Assembly: GCA_023263945.1 (NCBI GenBank) | Contig: JALQTW010000004.1 | Span: 3,095-67,094, forward strand | DNA: 64,000 bases | Origin: Patescibacteria group bacterium | Lineage (GTDB): Bacteria; Patescibacteriota; Gracilibacteria; Peribacterales; Peribacteraceae | Direction of reading: 5' to 3' | In this document: positions 9,395-18,906 of the stretch, piece by piece | How positions within the stretch are numbered: position 1 is the first letter of the stretch | Layout of the letters: every line of letters begins with the position of its first letter | Notes under the pieces: model-generated | Databases searched by the model: none | Seen by the model: the letters and a program-made list of their open reading frames with translations, nothing else | Told to the model about the DNA's origin: nothing | Program-made: the position numbers and the translations under genes

Positions 9395-10387
9395 ATGCGT
9401 GGACTTCACCTGTTTCTTCTTATGCCTTTCCTTCTTTCTGCGTGTGTGCAAGAAGAAATACAGAGTATCGCATCAACGTCATCATCGCGTTCTTCTGCAG
9501 CGTCGTCACTTGAACAATTGCCAAGCGAGCTAAGTATCCCTCACTTTGCATCTATGACTCTTTCTGGAAGCCATCTCACGCTCGACCGCGTTTTGGATCA
9601 AAACGCTGCGTACACGCGGTATCACATTTCGTATCGGAGCAATGGACTCCTCATCACGGGGATCATGAATATTCCAAGTGGCTCTGGATCCTTCCCTCTT
9701 CTTATTTTGAATCACGGATACATCGATCCAAAAGTTTACACGAATGGAAAGGGACTGAAACGTGAGCAAGATTACTTGGCTCGTCATGGGTTTGCCGTCC
9801 TTCATACGGACTACCGGGGTCATGCTGAGTCCGACGAAAGCCCCATGACAGCGAAAGTCTATGATGGAAATCTGGAATATGCGATGGATAGCGTGAATGC
9901 CATTCTTGCCGCTCAGGAAGCCAAGATTCCACATGTCGATACATCAAAAATAGGCATGATGGGTCACTCGCTTGGTGGAGGTGTGACACTCGCGGTTCTC
10001 ACAGGCCGACCTGGTCTTGTTGATGCAGCGGTCCTCTATGCTCCCGTGCATGCCGATGTGTTTGAGAATTTCACGCGGTGGAGAAAAGAACGTGAAGAAG
10101 GAGACAGGACGATTGAAGAATTTGGAACACGGGAAACAAAACCGGAGATCTGGGATGCACTTTCTCCGCAGACATTTTTGAAAAGGATCGATATTCCGAT
10201 TCTTCTCTTTCAGGGATCAAACGATAAGGATGTTCCCAAAGCCTGGTCCGATGATCTTGCGAAGAGACTGACGAATCTTCAGAAGAACATCACGTATATT
10301 GAATACAGAGGTGAGGGCCATGAGTTTGGATTCATGTGGAATGATTTCATGCAGAAAATAGTTGCCTTCTTTCAAGAAAATTTATGA
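9395..10387 (+). CDS. Alpha/beta hydrolase (S9 peptidase / dienelactone-hydrolase-like) lipoprotein
   Basis: ATG 9395 gives MRGLHLFLLMPFLLSAC (lipobox). Nucleophile elbow GHSLGG and distal GEGHEF. TGTGCTACACT extended -10 lies upstream at 9361-9371. Confidence 0.65.
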   Translation: MRGLHLFLLMPFLLSACVQEEIQSIASTSSSRSSAASSLEQLPSELSIPHFASMTLSGSHLTLDRVLDQNAAYTRYHISYRSNGLLITGIMNIPSGSGSFPLLILNHGYIDPKVYTNGKGLKREQDYLARHGFAVLHTDYRGHAESDESPMTAKVYDGNLEYAMDSVNAILAAQEAKIPHVDTSKIGMMGHSLGGGVTLAVLTGRPGLVDAAVLYAPVHADVFENFTRWRKEREEGDRTIEEFGTRETKPEIWDALSPQTFLKRIDIPILLFQGSNDKDVPKAWSDDLAKRLTNLQKNITYIEYRGEGHEFGFMWNDFMQKIVAFFQENL

Positions 10388-10571
10388 TGATGGACACCCG
10401 GAAATACCGGGTTCAAACGTGAGACCATCAATTTCTTCGTGAATGAAACTCGTCGTCGTGACAACAGGATTCACGGTATCCGTCGGTTCACTTTCTTGCG
10501 CAGAATCAGCAGACACCAATTGATCGATGGATGACATCAATCAACAGTGTATGCCTTTTGGATGAAATACA

Positions 10572-11171
10572 CTATTTCCCGATAATCCACCGATACACCG
10601 CTGCAGCAATCACACCGCCAAGCAGAGGGCCGACTAAATAGGGAAGAGACCACGCACCAACACCAAAGGCAACGGCAGGATTCACAATGCCGTTTCCCAT
10701 GGAGGAGGCAAGAAGTGCTCCCAAAAACAGAGCTGTTCCAACCGTGAGTCCTGTGGATGTTTCCTTTGCCATCCCGTAGACAACGGCAGAAACACCGGTA
10801 ACAAGAACGCCGGCACCCAGCGCTTCACCAACACCAGTCACAAGGGAATTCTGTGCGGGAACATTGGGAAGAATGCCGCCAAGAAGGAGGAAGAGTTCCA
10901 GCGCGAACACAGCGCCAACAATCTGGGCAATGATATATTTTACCGTGACGAGGGGTTTCATCTTACCAACGCTCCAAAGCCCAATAGTCACAGCAGGGTT
11001 CACCTGCGCACCACTGACGGGGCCAATAACGTACACCAGGAAACCAAGTGTAATGCCTGCAAGGAGGGGAGTTGGAACAGGAAGGGAATGCGTGAGGGCG
11101 ATAAGGACTGTAAAAGTGAGGAAGGCTGTTCCAAGCACTTCAGCACCATACGTCTGAAAGGAGTTCTTCAT
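10572..11171 (-). CDS. MIP-family channel (aquaporin/glycerol facilitator), short form
   Basis: Two NPA boxes (NPAVTIG, NPAVAFG) and six hydrophobic segments in 199 aa. Confidence 0.85.
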   Translation of the reverse strand: MKNSFQTYGAEVLGTAFLTFTVLIALTHSLPVPTPLLAGITLGFLVYVIGPVSGAQVNPAVTIGLWSVGKMKPLVTVKYIIAQIVGAVFALELFLLLGGILPNVPAQNSLVTGVGEALGAGVLVTGVSAVVYGMAKETSTGLTVGTALFLGALLASSMGNGIVNPAVAFGVGAWSLPYLVGPLLGGVIAAAVYRWIIGK

Positions 11172-11383
11172 AGAAAAAAGGGGGATTGAGGAGGAGGATT
11201 TCCACTATTGTATCCTGTCCTATCCCCCACAAAAAAGAGGATTTGGAAGAAATGGGATTTCCTATAAATCGACTATTCTGCATTGTCCTCACAGAAAAGC
11301 AAGGTGATAAAAAAGATGATTCGTCAATGTCCTTGCAGGAACGTCAAAGACAATGAAGAGCTCTTGAGAAAATGGCTCATTTC

Positions 11384-11392
11384 TGCTATAAT
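11384..11392 (+). promoter_or_regulatory. Extended -10 promoter (TGCTATAAT)
   Basis: TGCTATAAT, then 6 nt (TCTTTG), then ATG 11399. It lies 180 nt upstream of the glycogen-gene cluster. Confidence 0.45.
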
Positions 11393-11398
11393 TCTTTG

Positions 11399-11473
11399 AT
11401 GAGTGAAATGCCAAATGACAGAGGTCAAATGCCAAACAATTCTCAAAATCTAAAACCAAGAACCAATAACTAA
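11399..11473 (+). CDS. Candidate leaderless 24-codon sORF (MSEMPNDRGQMPNNSQNLKPRTNN)
   Basis: It starts exactly 6 nt after a consensus -10 box. Its stop TAA lies inside the AACCAATAACTAATCAAC word array, 4 nt before a GC-rich hairpin. No other support. Confidence 0.2.
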   Translation: MSEMPNDRGQMPNNSQNLKPRTNN

Positions 11474-11538
11474 TCAACCCGCCTTCGCCCCTTCGGGGAC
11501 TTCGGCGGGCAGGCCAATCAACTAATCAACCAATCAAC
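11450..11538. repeat. AATCAAC/AACCAAT word repeats flanking the hairpin
   Basis: CTAAAACCAAGAACCAATAACTAATCAAC ... CCAATCAACTAATCAACCAATCAAC. These stretches have no G on the + strand. Confidence 0.7.
11478..11509 (+). promoter_or_regulatory. GC-rich nested hairpin with UUCG-type loop
   Basis: CCCGCC-TTCG-CCCC-TTCG-GGGG-ACTTC-GGCGGG. It sits between the sORF and the GT4 gene and is flanked on both sides by AATCAAC-type words. Confidence 0.5.
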
Positions 11539-11573
11539 TTCTCATTACTTCTAAAACAAACACTCACAAACCC

Positions 11574-12767
11574 ATGTCATTACATACCCTCATGTTCGGA
11601 TGGGAATATCCTCCTGCTCACTTAGGTGGACTGGGCGTTGCATGTCAGGGAATTGTACGGGGGTTATTGCATCATGGTGCCGAAGTCACACTTGTTCTTC
11701 CGCATGACGAGGGAGTGGAAGATGGTGTTCGCGTTATTCACCCCACAAGTGAAGGACCAGTGATTCGCGTTCCAAGTGCCCTGAAGCCGTACGATTCTTT
11801 CACAAGTTTTTCTTCGCGCAGGACGTTCTCTTCCAGTGGTATCGATCAACTCTACGGTTCCAACCTTGGTGATGAAGTGGAACGCTTCACAAATATGGCA
11901 GTAGACATGACGAAGGATCTGCATCCGGATATTATTCATGCTCATGACTGGATGACATTTGAAGCAGCGCGCAGAAGTGCGGAGTATCACAACAAGCCTT
12001 TCGTTGCGCACATTCATGCAACGGAGCTAGATCGTACAGAATACAACCCCCACCCGTGGATCTTTGAAAAAGAATTGGAAGGGCTTCTTGCTGCAGATCA
12101 CATCATTACGGTGAGTAATTACACGAAGCAGCTTCTTATCCGGGAATACGGTATTCGTGAGGACAAGGTGACGGTGTTGCATAACGGCACATCGGAGCAA
12201 CCTTTGTCGCAGCCTATTGCAATGCATCATAAGAGACATCCCCTTGTTCTTTTTCTGGGACGCTTAACGGTACAGAAGGGGGCGAAATACTTCCTCAAAG
12301 CTGCGCAGGCTGTAGTCAAGGCAATGCCGGCTGCACGTTTTGTGATTGCAGGAGACGGGTACCTTCTTCCGGAATTGATCAACGATTCTATTGATATGGA
12401 TCTTGCTGACCATGTCATGTTTGCGGGCAAGGTTTGCTCGGAGGAAGCGATGAAGCTCTACCAAAAGGCGAGTTGCTTTGTGATGCCATCGGTCTCCGAA
12501 CCCTTTGGACTTGTTGCACTAGAAGCCATTACGCATGGTGCACCGGTGATCCTCAGTAAGCAATCGGGTGCGAGTGAAGTAGTACACAATGCACTGACGG
12601 TCGATTTTTGGGATACGGAAAAAATGGCAGATTGCATCCTCACGGTTCTTCGCGAAGAACCACTCCAGAACGAAATGAGAAGTCACAGCCCGGCGATCCT
12701 GCGAAGGCTCACATGGAACAACCAAGCGAGGAAGATGATCGATCTTTACAAAAAAATTATGCAATAG
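11574..12767 (+). CDS. GT4/GT5-type glycosyltransferase, glycogen(starch) synthase-like
   Basis: N-terminal FGWEYPPAHLGGLGVA. C-terminal GT-B block LFLGRLTVQKG...PSVSEPFGLVALEA. It sits in a glycogen-metabolism gene context. Confidence 0.7.
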   Translation: MSLHTLMFGWEYPPAHLGGLGVACQGIVRGLLHHGAEVTLVLPHDEGVEDGVRVIHPTSEGPVIRVPSALKPYDSFTSFSSRRTFSSSGIDQLYGSNLGDEVERFTNMAVDMTKDLHPDIIHAHDWMTFEAARRSAEYHNKPFVAHIHATELDRTEYNPHPWIFEKELEGLLAADHIITVSNYTKQLLIREYGIREDKVTVLHNGTSEQPLSQPIAMHHKRHPLVLFLGRLTVQKGAKYFLKAAQAVVKAMPAARFVIAGDGYLLPELINDSIDMDLADHVMFAGKVCSEEAMKLYQKASCFVMPSVSEPFGLVALEAITHGAPVILSKQSGASEVVHNALTVDFWDTEKMADCILTVLREEPLQNEMRSHSPAILRRLTWNNQARKMIDLYKKIMQ

Positions 12768-12793
12768 TCACTAGCCACTAGCCTCTAGTCCCT
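12768..12793. repeat. CACTAGC 7-mer word array
   Basis: TCACTAGCCACTAGCCTCTAGTCCC begins directly after the GT4 stop TAG (12765-12767). Confidence 0.7.
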
Positions 12794-12815
12794 CCTTAAC
12801 ACTCCTAAAACCAAC

Positions 12816-14162
12816 ATGAAACCTTCCATCTGCTTTTACTTCCAGGTCCACCAGCCATATCGCCTCCGCGATGTGCGGATCCACGATATTGGCGAAATGG
12901 ATGCAGAGACATACTTTGATGAAGACAAGAACCGCGCCATTTTCCGCAAAGTTGCAGAGAAATGCTATCTTCCTGCAAATGCACTCATGCTGAAACTCAT
13001 CAAGAAATATCCGGAGTTTCACATAAGCTATTCACTCTCTGGTGTTTTCTTAGACCAATGTAAGGCGTATGGCCCTGACGTTCTGGAGTCCTTTAAAAAA
13101 CTAGCGAAGACTGGCAATGTCGAATTTTTATGTGAAACATACTACCACTCGCTTTCATCACTTTCCTCTACAGAAGAGTTCTGTACGCAGGTACAAAAGC
13201 ATGCGGACGCCATAGAAACAATTTTTGGTGTCCGTCCACAGATCTTCCGCAATACAGAGCTCATCTATTCCAATGAATTGGCACACATTGTGCGTCAGCT
13301 TGGGTTTAAGGGAATGCTGGCTGAAGGCGCAGATCATGTCCTTCACGATCGTTCCCCCAATGTGCCCTACGTTCCTCCCGTGTTTCGTTTGCCACGAGAA
13401 TCGGAAGCGATCATCCGCAAATATCGCATTCATCCTACATCCGAACGTTCTATCAAAATTCTCCTGAAGAATTACAAACTGTCCGATGACGTTGCCTTCC
13501 GTTTTTCAGATCGTTCGTGGGTTGGCTTCCCACTCCACAGTGATACGTTTACACACTGGCTCACGTCCTCCGGTGGTCACAGTATCAATCTCTTCATGGA
13601 TTACGAAACATTTGGAGAACACCAGTGGGCAGATACCGGTATTTTCTCGTTCTTGGAAGCACTTCCCAAACAGTGGAAGCAAGAGGGGATTGAAGCAAAG
13701 ACACCTTCTGAAGTGCTCTCTTCCTGGGGCAAGAAACCGTGCGATACGTTGGATGTTCACACACCGATGTCTTGGGCAGATTGTGAGCGAGATCTCTCTG
13801 CATGGCGAGGAAATAATTTACAGGAAGCCATGTTCAAGAGGCTGTACGATCTTGAGAAACTCGTTCGCGTGGCGGAAGATCCTCTTCTCACAGAAACATG
13901 GAGAAAACTCCAAACGTCCGATCATTTTTACTACCTCTGTACGAAGTATTGGAGCGATGGAGACGTGCATAAATATTTCAGTCCCTATGACTCACCCTAT
14001 GAAGCGTACCGAAGATTATCTCATGTCATTGAAGATCTTCGGATGAAACTTGAGGATCGGGTTGAAACAATCAAAATACCCGTTGTTCCGGAAGAATCGC
14101 GGGAAGCATCCCGCGCTATTTCTACAAAAAAGAAACCAAAAACTAATCAACTAATCAACTAA
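12816..14162 (+). CDS. Glycoside hydrolase family 57 (alpha-amylase/branching-enzyme-like)
   Basis: N-terminal ICFYFQVHQPYRL and internal MDYETFGEHQW are typical GH57 blocks. The last six codons (TNQLIN) are encoded by the CTAATCAA repeat. Confidence 0.75.
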   Translation: MKPSICFYFQVHQPYRLRDVRIHDIGEMDAETYFDEDKNRAIFRKVAEKCYLPANALMLKLIKKYPEFHISYSLSGVFLDQCKAYGPDVLESFKKLAKTGNVEFLCETYYHSLSSLSSTEEFCTQVQKHADAIETIFGVRPQIFRNTELIYSNELAHIVRQLGFKGMLAEGADHVLHDRSPNVPYVPPVFRLPRESEAIIRKYRIHPTSERSIKILLKNYKLSDDVAFRFSDRSWVGFPLHSDTFTHWLTSSGGHSINLFMDYETFGEHQWADTGIFSFLEALPKQWKQEGIEAKTPSEVLSSWGKKPCDTLDVHTPMSWADCERDLSAWRGNNLQEAMFKRLYDLEKLVRVAEDPLLTETWRKLQTSDHFYYLCTKYWSDGDVHKYFSPYDSPYEAYRRLSHVIEDLRMKLEDRVETIKIPVVPEESREASRAISTKKKPKTNQLIN

Positions 14163-14167
14163 TCAAC
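14143..14167. repeat. CTAATCAA 8-mer x3
   Basis: Three tandem copies. The GH57 frame reads through two copies and stops at the TAA of the third. Confidence 0.8.
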
Positions 14168-14176
14168 TTTTCTCCC

Positions 14177-16234
14177 ATGCCTCGCTCCCTCGTCCTCGGT
14201 AACGGCTCCCTCCTTGCAACGTTCGACCAGAACTTGCTGCTGCGCGATCTGTATTACCCCTACGTTGGCTCCGAAGACCATACGACGTACGGCAATGTGC
14301 ATAAGGTTGGATTCCTGGTTGAAGGAAAAGGATTCTCCTGGCTGGATGATGGCTCCTGGACTATCACTCCGGCTTATACACCCCGTTCTCTGGTTGGCGC
14401 ATCCTCATTAAAGAATCAAAAACTGGGATTGGAAATTCTCTCCGAAGATTTCGTGGATCCTCTGAAGACGATTCTCATCCGATCGTTTACGTTGCGATCA
14501 TTGGACGGTAAGGAACATCGCGTACAGTGTTTCTTCCACCACGATTTCCATCTCTATGGTGATAAACAAAAAGATACTGCGTTCTACGAACCGCATACGA
14601 AGAGCGTTGTGCACTATCGCTCCAAACGGTACTTCCTCATTGGTGGGACAACGAGTGATCCTGTCACGTGCATTCCAAGTCAGCCGCTCAATGAATTCCA
14701 CCCGCTCTACGAGCGCGAAGATCACATCGACCATTGCGGCATTGTTTCCTTCTCTATTGGAAAGGCAAAATACCGTGGCTTAGAGGGAACGTGGCGCGAT
14801 GCGGAAGATGGAGTGTTGGCACGAAGTCCCATTGAACAGGGTTCGGTCGATTCCACCGTGGAAATTGATTGTTTGATTCACCCTGATCGACCAACGTCAC
14901 TTTCTCTGTGGCTCTGTGCGGGAAAGACGCTGGATGAAGTGCATGATCTCCAGCACATGATTTTGGAAGAAACACCGGAGCAGCTTAAGAAATCTGCTAT
15001 CAACTATTGGCGTGGATGGCTGAATGCACATGATCATCACGAAGGAATGCCAGACGAACTGACAAAGTTGTATGAAGACAGCCTTCTCATCATCCGTTCA
15101 CAAACGGATAACCATGGAGGCATCGTGGCGGCGAACGATAGCGACATCATGGCTTTTAATCGTGATACGTATACCTACGTCTGGCCCCGCGATGGCGCAC
15201 TGGTGTCTACCGCTCTCACCATGTCTGGCCAGAGTGAGGCGGTGCAAAAATTCCTCACATTTTGTTCTTCGGTTGCAACGCCCGAAGGGTATTTGCTGCA
15301 TAAATACAATCCTGATGGATCAGTAGGATCCTCCTGGCACCCCTGGTACAATGCAGGACAACTGCAACTGCCTATCCAATGCGATGAAACGGCGCTCCCA
15401 ATTTCGGCAGTGTGGCAACACTTTGAACGCTATCAAGATTTTGAATTCCTCCACCAGATGTATCATGGTTTTGTGAAGAAAGGGGCGGATTTCCTTTTGC
15501 AGTATACCGATCCCGTAACACATCTGCCTCTTCCTAGTTACGATTTATGGGAAGAAAAGCGCGCGGTCACTACATTCACAACGGCAGCGACGGTCGCGGC
15601 GCTTCGCGATAGCGCACGGATTTCGTTGGCACTGGGACACCATCGTCATGCTGATAGATACCAAGAAGCAGCAGATGCGATGCAACAGGCGTTCTTGTTC
15701 CATTTGTATGATGAAAAAGAGCAGTGTTTCCTGAAAAAGCTCGATCTCTATCACGGTGAGATCATGAACCGCGATACAACGCCCGACATGAGCATCAGCG
15801 CCGTGTGGATGTTTGGTATTTTGCCCGCCAACGATCCGCGTGTGGTCTCCACCATGCAGCGGTTGGCTTCTCTCCTTCTTGTTCGCACACCGATCGGCGG
15901 TTTTGCCCGCTACAAAAATGATGTGTATCAGCTTACAGAAAAATTGAGCGATGCTCTTCCGGGAAATCCTTGGATCATCACAACGCTCTGGTATGCGCAG
16001 TGGCAGATTGCGTACGCAACGACACTCACAGAGCTGGAGGAACCCCTTGCGTGGCTAAAGTGGGTAAAGTCCCATGCGTCCTCCAGCAATATTCTTCCGG
16101 AGCAGCTTCATCCCATAAGCGGTGCACCAGTCTCCGTTGCCCCTCTCACATGGAGCCATGCGGAGTACGTTCGAACCTATCTTATGTATGTAAAGAAAAA
16201 GATCTCTCTTCAAGAAGACACGAAGAAGAATTGA
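14177..16234 (+). CDS. GH15 glucoamylase / glucan 1,4-alpha-glucosidase-like
   Basis: GGIVAANDSD, YTYVWPRDGA (GH15 WPRD block) and LPEQL. The 685-aa size matches bacterial/archaeal GH15 enzymes. Confidence 0.75.
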   Translation: MPRSLVLGNGSLLATFDQNLLLRDLYYPYVGSEDHTTYGNVHKVGFLVEGKGFSWLDDGSWTITPAYTPRSLVGASSLKNQKLGLEILSEDFVDPLKTILIRSFTLRSLDGKEHRVQCFFHHDFHLYGDKQKDTAFYEPHTKSVVHYRSKRYFLIGGTTSDPVTCIPSQPLNEFHPLYEREDHIDHCGIVSFSIGKAKYRGLEGTWRDAEDGVLARSPIEQGSVDSTVEIDCLIHPDRPTSLSLWLCAGKTLDEVHDLQHMILEETPEQLKKSAINYWRGWLNAHDHHEGMPDELTKLYEDSLLIIRSQTDNHGGIVAANDSDIMAFNRDTYTYVWPRDGALVSTALTMSGQSEAVQKFLTFCSSVATPEGYLLHKYNPDGSVGSSWHPWYNAGQLQLPIQCDETALPISAVWQHFERYQDFEFLHQMYHGFVKKGADFLLQYTDPVTHLPLPSYDLWEEKRAVTTFTTAATVAALRDSARISLALGHHRHADRYQEAADAMQQAFLFHLYDEKEQCFLKKLDLYHGEIMNRDTTPDMSISAVWMFGILPANDPRVVSTMQRLASLLLVRTPIGGFARYKNDVYQLTEKLSDALPGNPWIITTLWYAQWQIAYATTLTELEEPLAWLKWVKSHASSSNILPEQLHPISGAPVSVAPLTWSHAEYVRTYLMYVKKKISLQEDTKKN

Positions 16235-16274
16235 GAATTTGGAATCTAGATTCTCAATTCAAAATTCTCAATTC
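16228..16274. repeat. GAATTGAGAAT inverted/direct word repeat (stem-loop)
   Basis: GAATTGAGAAT (16228-38) pairs perfectly with ATTCTCAATTC (16250-60). A further ATTCTCAATTC copy lies at 16264-74. The GH15 stop TGA (16232-34) lies in the first word. Confidence 0.75.
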
Positions 16275-16301
16275 TTACATCCACACTCATATCAGCTTTC
16301 C

Positions 16302-17186
16302 ATGACTCCTACTCGCCACTCCATCATCGGCATCGATCTCGGTGGCACCAAAATAGCCATTGCACGGTTTGATGAGAAGACGATGGAACGTCTGGACATG
16401 AAGATTATCGAAACGCCTAAGACATCGTACGAAGAAGTAGAAGTCGCAGTGCTGGATGTCATCGATTCCATGAAAACAGCCGATACAATCGGCATTGGCA
16501 TTGGCGTGCCGGGACTTGTTGATCGTGCATCGGGTGTGATTAAAACTATGCCGAATATTCCGGGGAGTGAAAATCGTGATCTTGCAACGATCATAAAGAA
16601 AGAAACAGGATTATCTGTTGTTATCGCAAACGATGCAGGATGTTTTGCGCTTGCAGAAGCCATTTTTGGAGCAGGAAAGGATCATCGCGTTGTTATTGGA
16701 ATCACCATGGGTACGGGCGTTGGCGGAGGAATCGTGATTGATCAAAAACTCTTCACGGGCGCACACGGTTTTGCGGGAGAAATTGGGCACATGCTCTTGA
16801 AGCCGGGGGAACCCCCGTATCCTACAAAAGATCTGCGCGGTGACGTTGAGCAATTTCTCTCGGGTACAGCCATGGGGAGGCGCTGTAACAGCGCGAAAAA
16901 ACCGCAGGACTACCTGGAAGGAGAGGTCTGCGAATGGATGCGCCCGGAGATCTTCCGTGAAGTTGCATGGATGATCACATCACTCACGCATGTCATCGAT
17001 CCCGACATCATCGTCTTTGGAGGTTCCGCTGGTCGCGCACTCAAGCCACATGTGGAAGAGATCAAAAAAGAATTGAAGCAGTGGATGCTTCCAGGTTCAT
17101 CCATCCCGGAACTTGCTATTGGATATCTGGATGATGCAGCGGTGAGGGGGGCTGCGATGCTTATGGATACAAAGTGTCAAAACTAA
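16302..17186 (+). CDS. glk: ROK-family glucokinase
   Basis: IGIDLGGTKIA phosphate-1 motif, GVGGGIV, and AGEIGHM. ATG 16302 chosen (MTPTRHS). Confidence 0.75.
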   Translation: MTPTRHSIIGIDLGGTKIAIARFDEKTMERLDMKIIETPKTSYEEVEVAVLDVIDSMKTADTIGIGIGVPGLVDRASGVIKTMPNIPGSENRDLATIIKKETGLSVVIANDAGCFALAEAIFGAGKDHRVVIGITMGTGVGGGIVIDQKLFTGAHGFAGEIGHMLLKPGEPPYPTKDLRGDVEQFLSGTAMGRRCNSAKKPQDYLEGEVCEWMRPEIFREVAWMITSLTHVIDPDIIVFGGSAGRALKPHVEEIKKELKQWMLPGSSIPELAIGYLDDAAVRGAAMLMDTKCQN

Positions 17187-17980
17187 CTTGGTGTGTAGCA
17201 TTCCATTTGTTGATTGCAAGCTCTTCCTTCCCCGCAATCAGTATCTTGCGTACAGTCAACGCATGTATTTTTTCCGTCAACATTGAGACAGAAATTGTTG
17301 CAACTTTGCAAACCCCAACCGCACTTCTCGCAATATCCATTTATGCAAAAGCTTCCCATGCATTGATCGTGATTATCACATTCTTCTCCTTGTCCTCTTT
17401 CTCCACAAAAAACACCACCAAGCTTTGTTTTGCACACTTTATGCAACGTGCAAAAACACCTGTCGCATCCAACACCGAAACCGGCATTGTCACAATCAGG
17501 CAAGGCAGGATCCTCACATTTGCAGATACTTCCGTCAATGCCACACACCTTTTTTGGAGGGCATTGACCACCGCACTGCAAACCTGGCTTTGTAAGATCG
17601 TCGCCGCAATTCTTTTGTGAAGATTGCGATGAAGACGAGCTAGAAGATGATTCTGTCCTACAGGTACAGCTCAACTCAGAACTCTTACACACACTATTAG
17701 ATGGACAAGAGCCGCCACAGACATTGTTCAGCCATCCGCACGGTTTTTCCGATGAACTAGAATTTCCTCCTGAAGATCCACCAAAGCTTCCTCCGTTTGA
17801 TCCTGCAATAGAACCTCCTTCTGGTATACATTCATTTGCAGAACACTCCTGTCCTGATGGACATGAACACGTTCCCGCTTGACACGATTTCCCGTCAACA
17901 GGGCATGTCGGAGGATTCGTGCATGCAACAACAGCAGCAACGAGGAAAAGTGCGGGGATGAAGCGACGCATTTGCACCAT
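17183..17980 (-). CDS. Cysteine-rich secreted lipoprotein (about 50 Cys in 265 aa)
   Basis: Lipobox LVAAVVAC. Repeated CxxGxxC / CxxxxxC modules separated by Ser/Gly runs. AGGAGG lies 4 nt upstream of the ATG. The 3' end overlaps the glk stop convergently. Confidence 0.55.
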   Translation of the reverse strand: MVQMRRFIPALFLVAAVVACTNPPTCPVDGKSCQAGTCSCPSGQECSANECIPEGGSIAGSNGGSFGGSSGGNSSSSEKPCGWLNNVCGGSCPSNSVCKSSELSCTCRTESSSSSSSSQSSQKNCGDDLTKPGLQCGGQCPPKKVCGIDGSICKCEDPALPDCDNAGFGVGCDRCFCTLHKVCKTKLGGVFCGERGQGEECDNHDQCMGSFCINGYCEKCGWGLQSCNNFCLNVDGKNTCVDCTQDTDCGEGRACNQQMECYTPS

Positions 17981-18010
17981 CGTACCTCCTGGCAGGTTTT
18001 CCGGTCAATG

Positions 18011-18811
18011 TTATCGTTGCCATGCAGCTTTCTCACACGTACGAACAACAGGTCCTTCCATTTTTGCCTCCAGCCCAAAGACCTCATCCTTGAATTCACG
18101 CTGATCAACATCGTTGAATGTCCAACGCCCCATAAGGTTTGATGTTATAGAGCCACCTGTTGCCAGCGTTGTAATATCGCCAGAGTTCAAAACAGAAGCA
18201 TAGGCTCGAAGTTCCTGAATGGAACCATTGAAGCGCTGTGTTTTTCTGCCTCCAAGAAGAAGGTTGCCCCACTCATTCTGAATTTCCGCGCTCAGGTCAC
18301 TCTTTGCCGTTACAGAAACTTCTTTCGCATCAATGTACATCTTCACGCCGGTTGCTTTCAAACTTCCATCATACGTGACTGCAATGTGATGAATGTTGTT
18401 ATCCGAAACAACAGCGGAGCTCACTGCTGCCAGTGCACTGGATTGTCCTTTCAGTTCAAAGACCAGTTTTCCGTCCTGCAAACCAACGCGCCCACCAACA
18501 CCTTCCACACTGATCTTCGAAATGATATCGGCATTCTTATCTCCAGATTTCATCCAGAAAGAATAAGAGAGAGGAATCTTTCCGTTCAAAAGTCCGTTTG
18601 GTACACCATAGACGCGCACTTGTCCGCCGCCGCGCGTGAATGTAAGTGTGCCGACTTTTCCATCAGTGCATGCTACCGGTGTACGAGGTTTGAATTTCCC
18701 AAGTAGACTTCCGCTTCCGGCAAAAGAAGAGGCAAAAACTGCAAGAAGAATTGCACCGAGCAGCATGGCAATCAGTGGCCATTGCACAGAAAGGGATGTT
18801 TGTTTCTTCAT
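18011..18811 (-). CDS. Membrane-anchored LamG (concanavalin-A-like lectin) domain protein
   Basis: N-terminal TM WPLIAMLLGAILLAVFA. LamG-type blocks HHIAVTYDG...KMYIDAKEV...FNGSIQELRAY. Confidence 0.6.
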   Translation of the reverse strand: MKKQTSLSVQWPLIAMLLGAILLAVFASSFAGSGSLLGKFKPRTPVACTDGKVGTLTFTRGGGQVRVYGVPNGLLNGKIPLSYSFWMKSGDKNADIISKISVEGVGGRVGLQDGKLVFELKGQSSALAAVSSAVVSDNNIHHIAVTYDGSLKATGVKMYIDAKEVSVTAKSDLSAEIQNEWGNLLLGGRKTQRFNGSIQELRAYASVLNSGDITTLATGGSITSNLMGRWTFNDVDQREFKDEVFGLEAKMEGPVVRTCEKAAWQR

Positions 18812-18835
18812 GTGTATGTTTGGAAGATACCTTTT

Positions 18836-18844
18836 ATTATAGCA
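18836..18844 (-). promoter_or_regulatory. Extended -10 promoter (TGCTATAAT)
   Basis: The reverse complement reads CTTTTCTGCTATAATAAAAGG. The -10 box lies 24 nt upstream of ATG 18811. Confidence 0.45.
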
Positions 18845-18906
18845 GAAAAGACAACTTTTCTCAAATGACGATATCAGCTCAAAAGCCTCTTAAAGCTCTT
18901 TTCAGG

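Noticed and set aside
10382-10537. 51-codon acidic minus-strand ORF between the hydrolase and the aquaporin
   Set aside because: It overlaps the hydrolase 3' end and has neither a promoter-like -10 box nor any motif. It is probably a chance ORF in a convergent spacer.
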